From the IMG/VR virus record IMGVR_UViG_3300028594_000053, positions 1 to 24,529 of that record: a stretch of DNA of 24,529 nucleotides; one strand, 5' to 3'. Shown here piece after piece: positions 24,517-24,529 of the stretch (the stretch's first letter is position 1; every line of letters starts with the position of its first letter). Below the pieces are notes generated by a model that worked only from the letters and a program-made list of their open reading frames with translations, was not told where the DNA came from and did not search any database. This stretch comes from a virus (taxonomy: Duplodnaviria > Caudoviricetes). Position numbers and translations under genes: made by a program.

Positions 24517-24529
24517 TAGTATAGAAAGT

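Noticed and set aside
1-24529. Integrase, att sites, tRNA, diversity-generating retroelement or known defence genes
   Set aside because: None recognisable; no reverse transcriptase or template/variable repeat pair seen.

Overview
The window is the late region of a cos-type siphophage (or prophage) of a low-GC Firmicute. The major tail protein start MAVKHANAPKA, the ~494-aa Dit and the long Tal resemble staphylococcal phi77/phiN315-type morphogenesis modules, so a Staphylococcaceae host is inferred but not proven. Order on +: iteron-like repeats, membrane protein, RinA-type activator, late promoter with structured leader, HNH, cos, TerS, TerL, portal, ClpP protease, major capsid, collagen-like decoration protein, head-tail genes, major tail protein, tail chaperones, tape measure, Dit, Tal, lysis cassette. 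The right end holds a convergent sRNA and two small membrane peptides resembling a type I toxin-antitoxin locus. The main novel signal: the major capsid and major tail genes both end D-T-P with CCC-TAA, a known +1 frameshift site. Their +1 frames encode the same short tag, IGEAxIGxNFxI, conserved through synonymous changes. A collagen-like fibre gene directly follows the capsid tag, suggesting a frameshift-encoded docking system that decorates both head and tail (inference). Other hidden signals: an ATA-start protease with a nested scaffold start, a -1 chaperone frameshift, no GATC found, and an excess of TGTGG/CCACA. All counts are by eye; no database searches were run.
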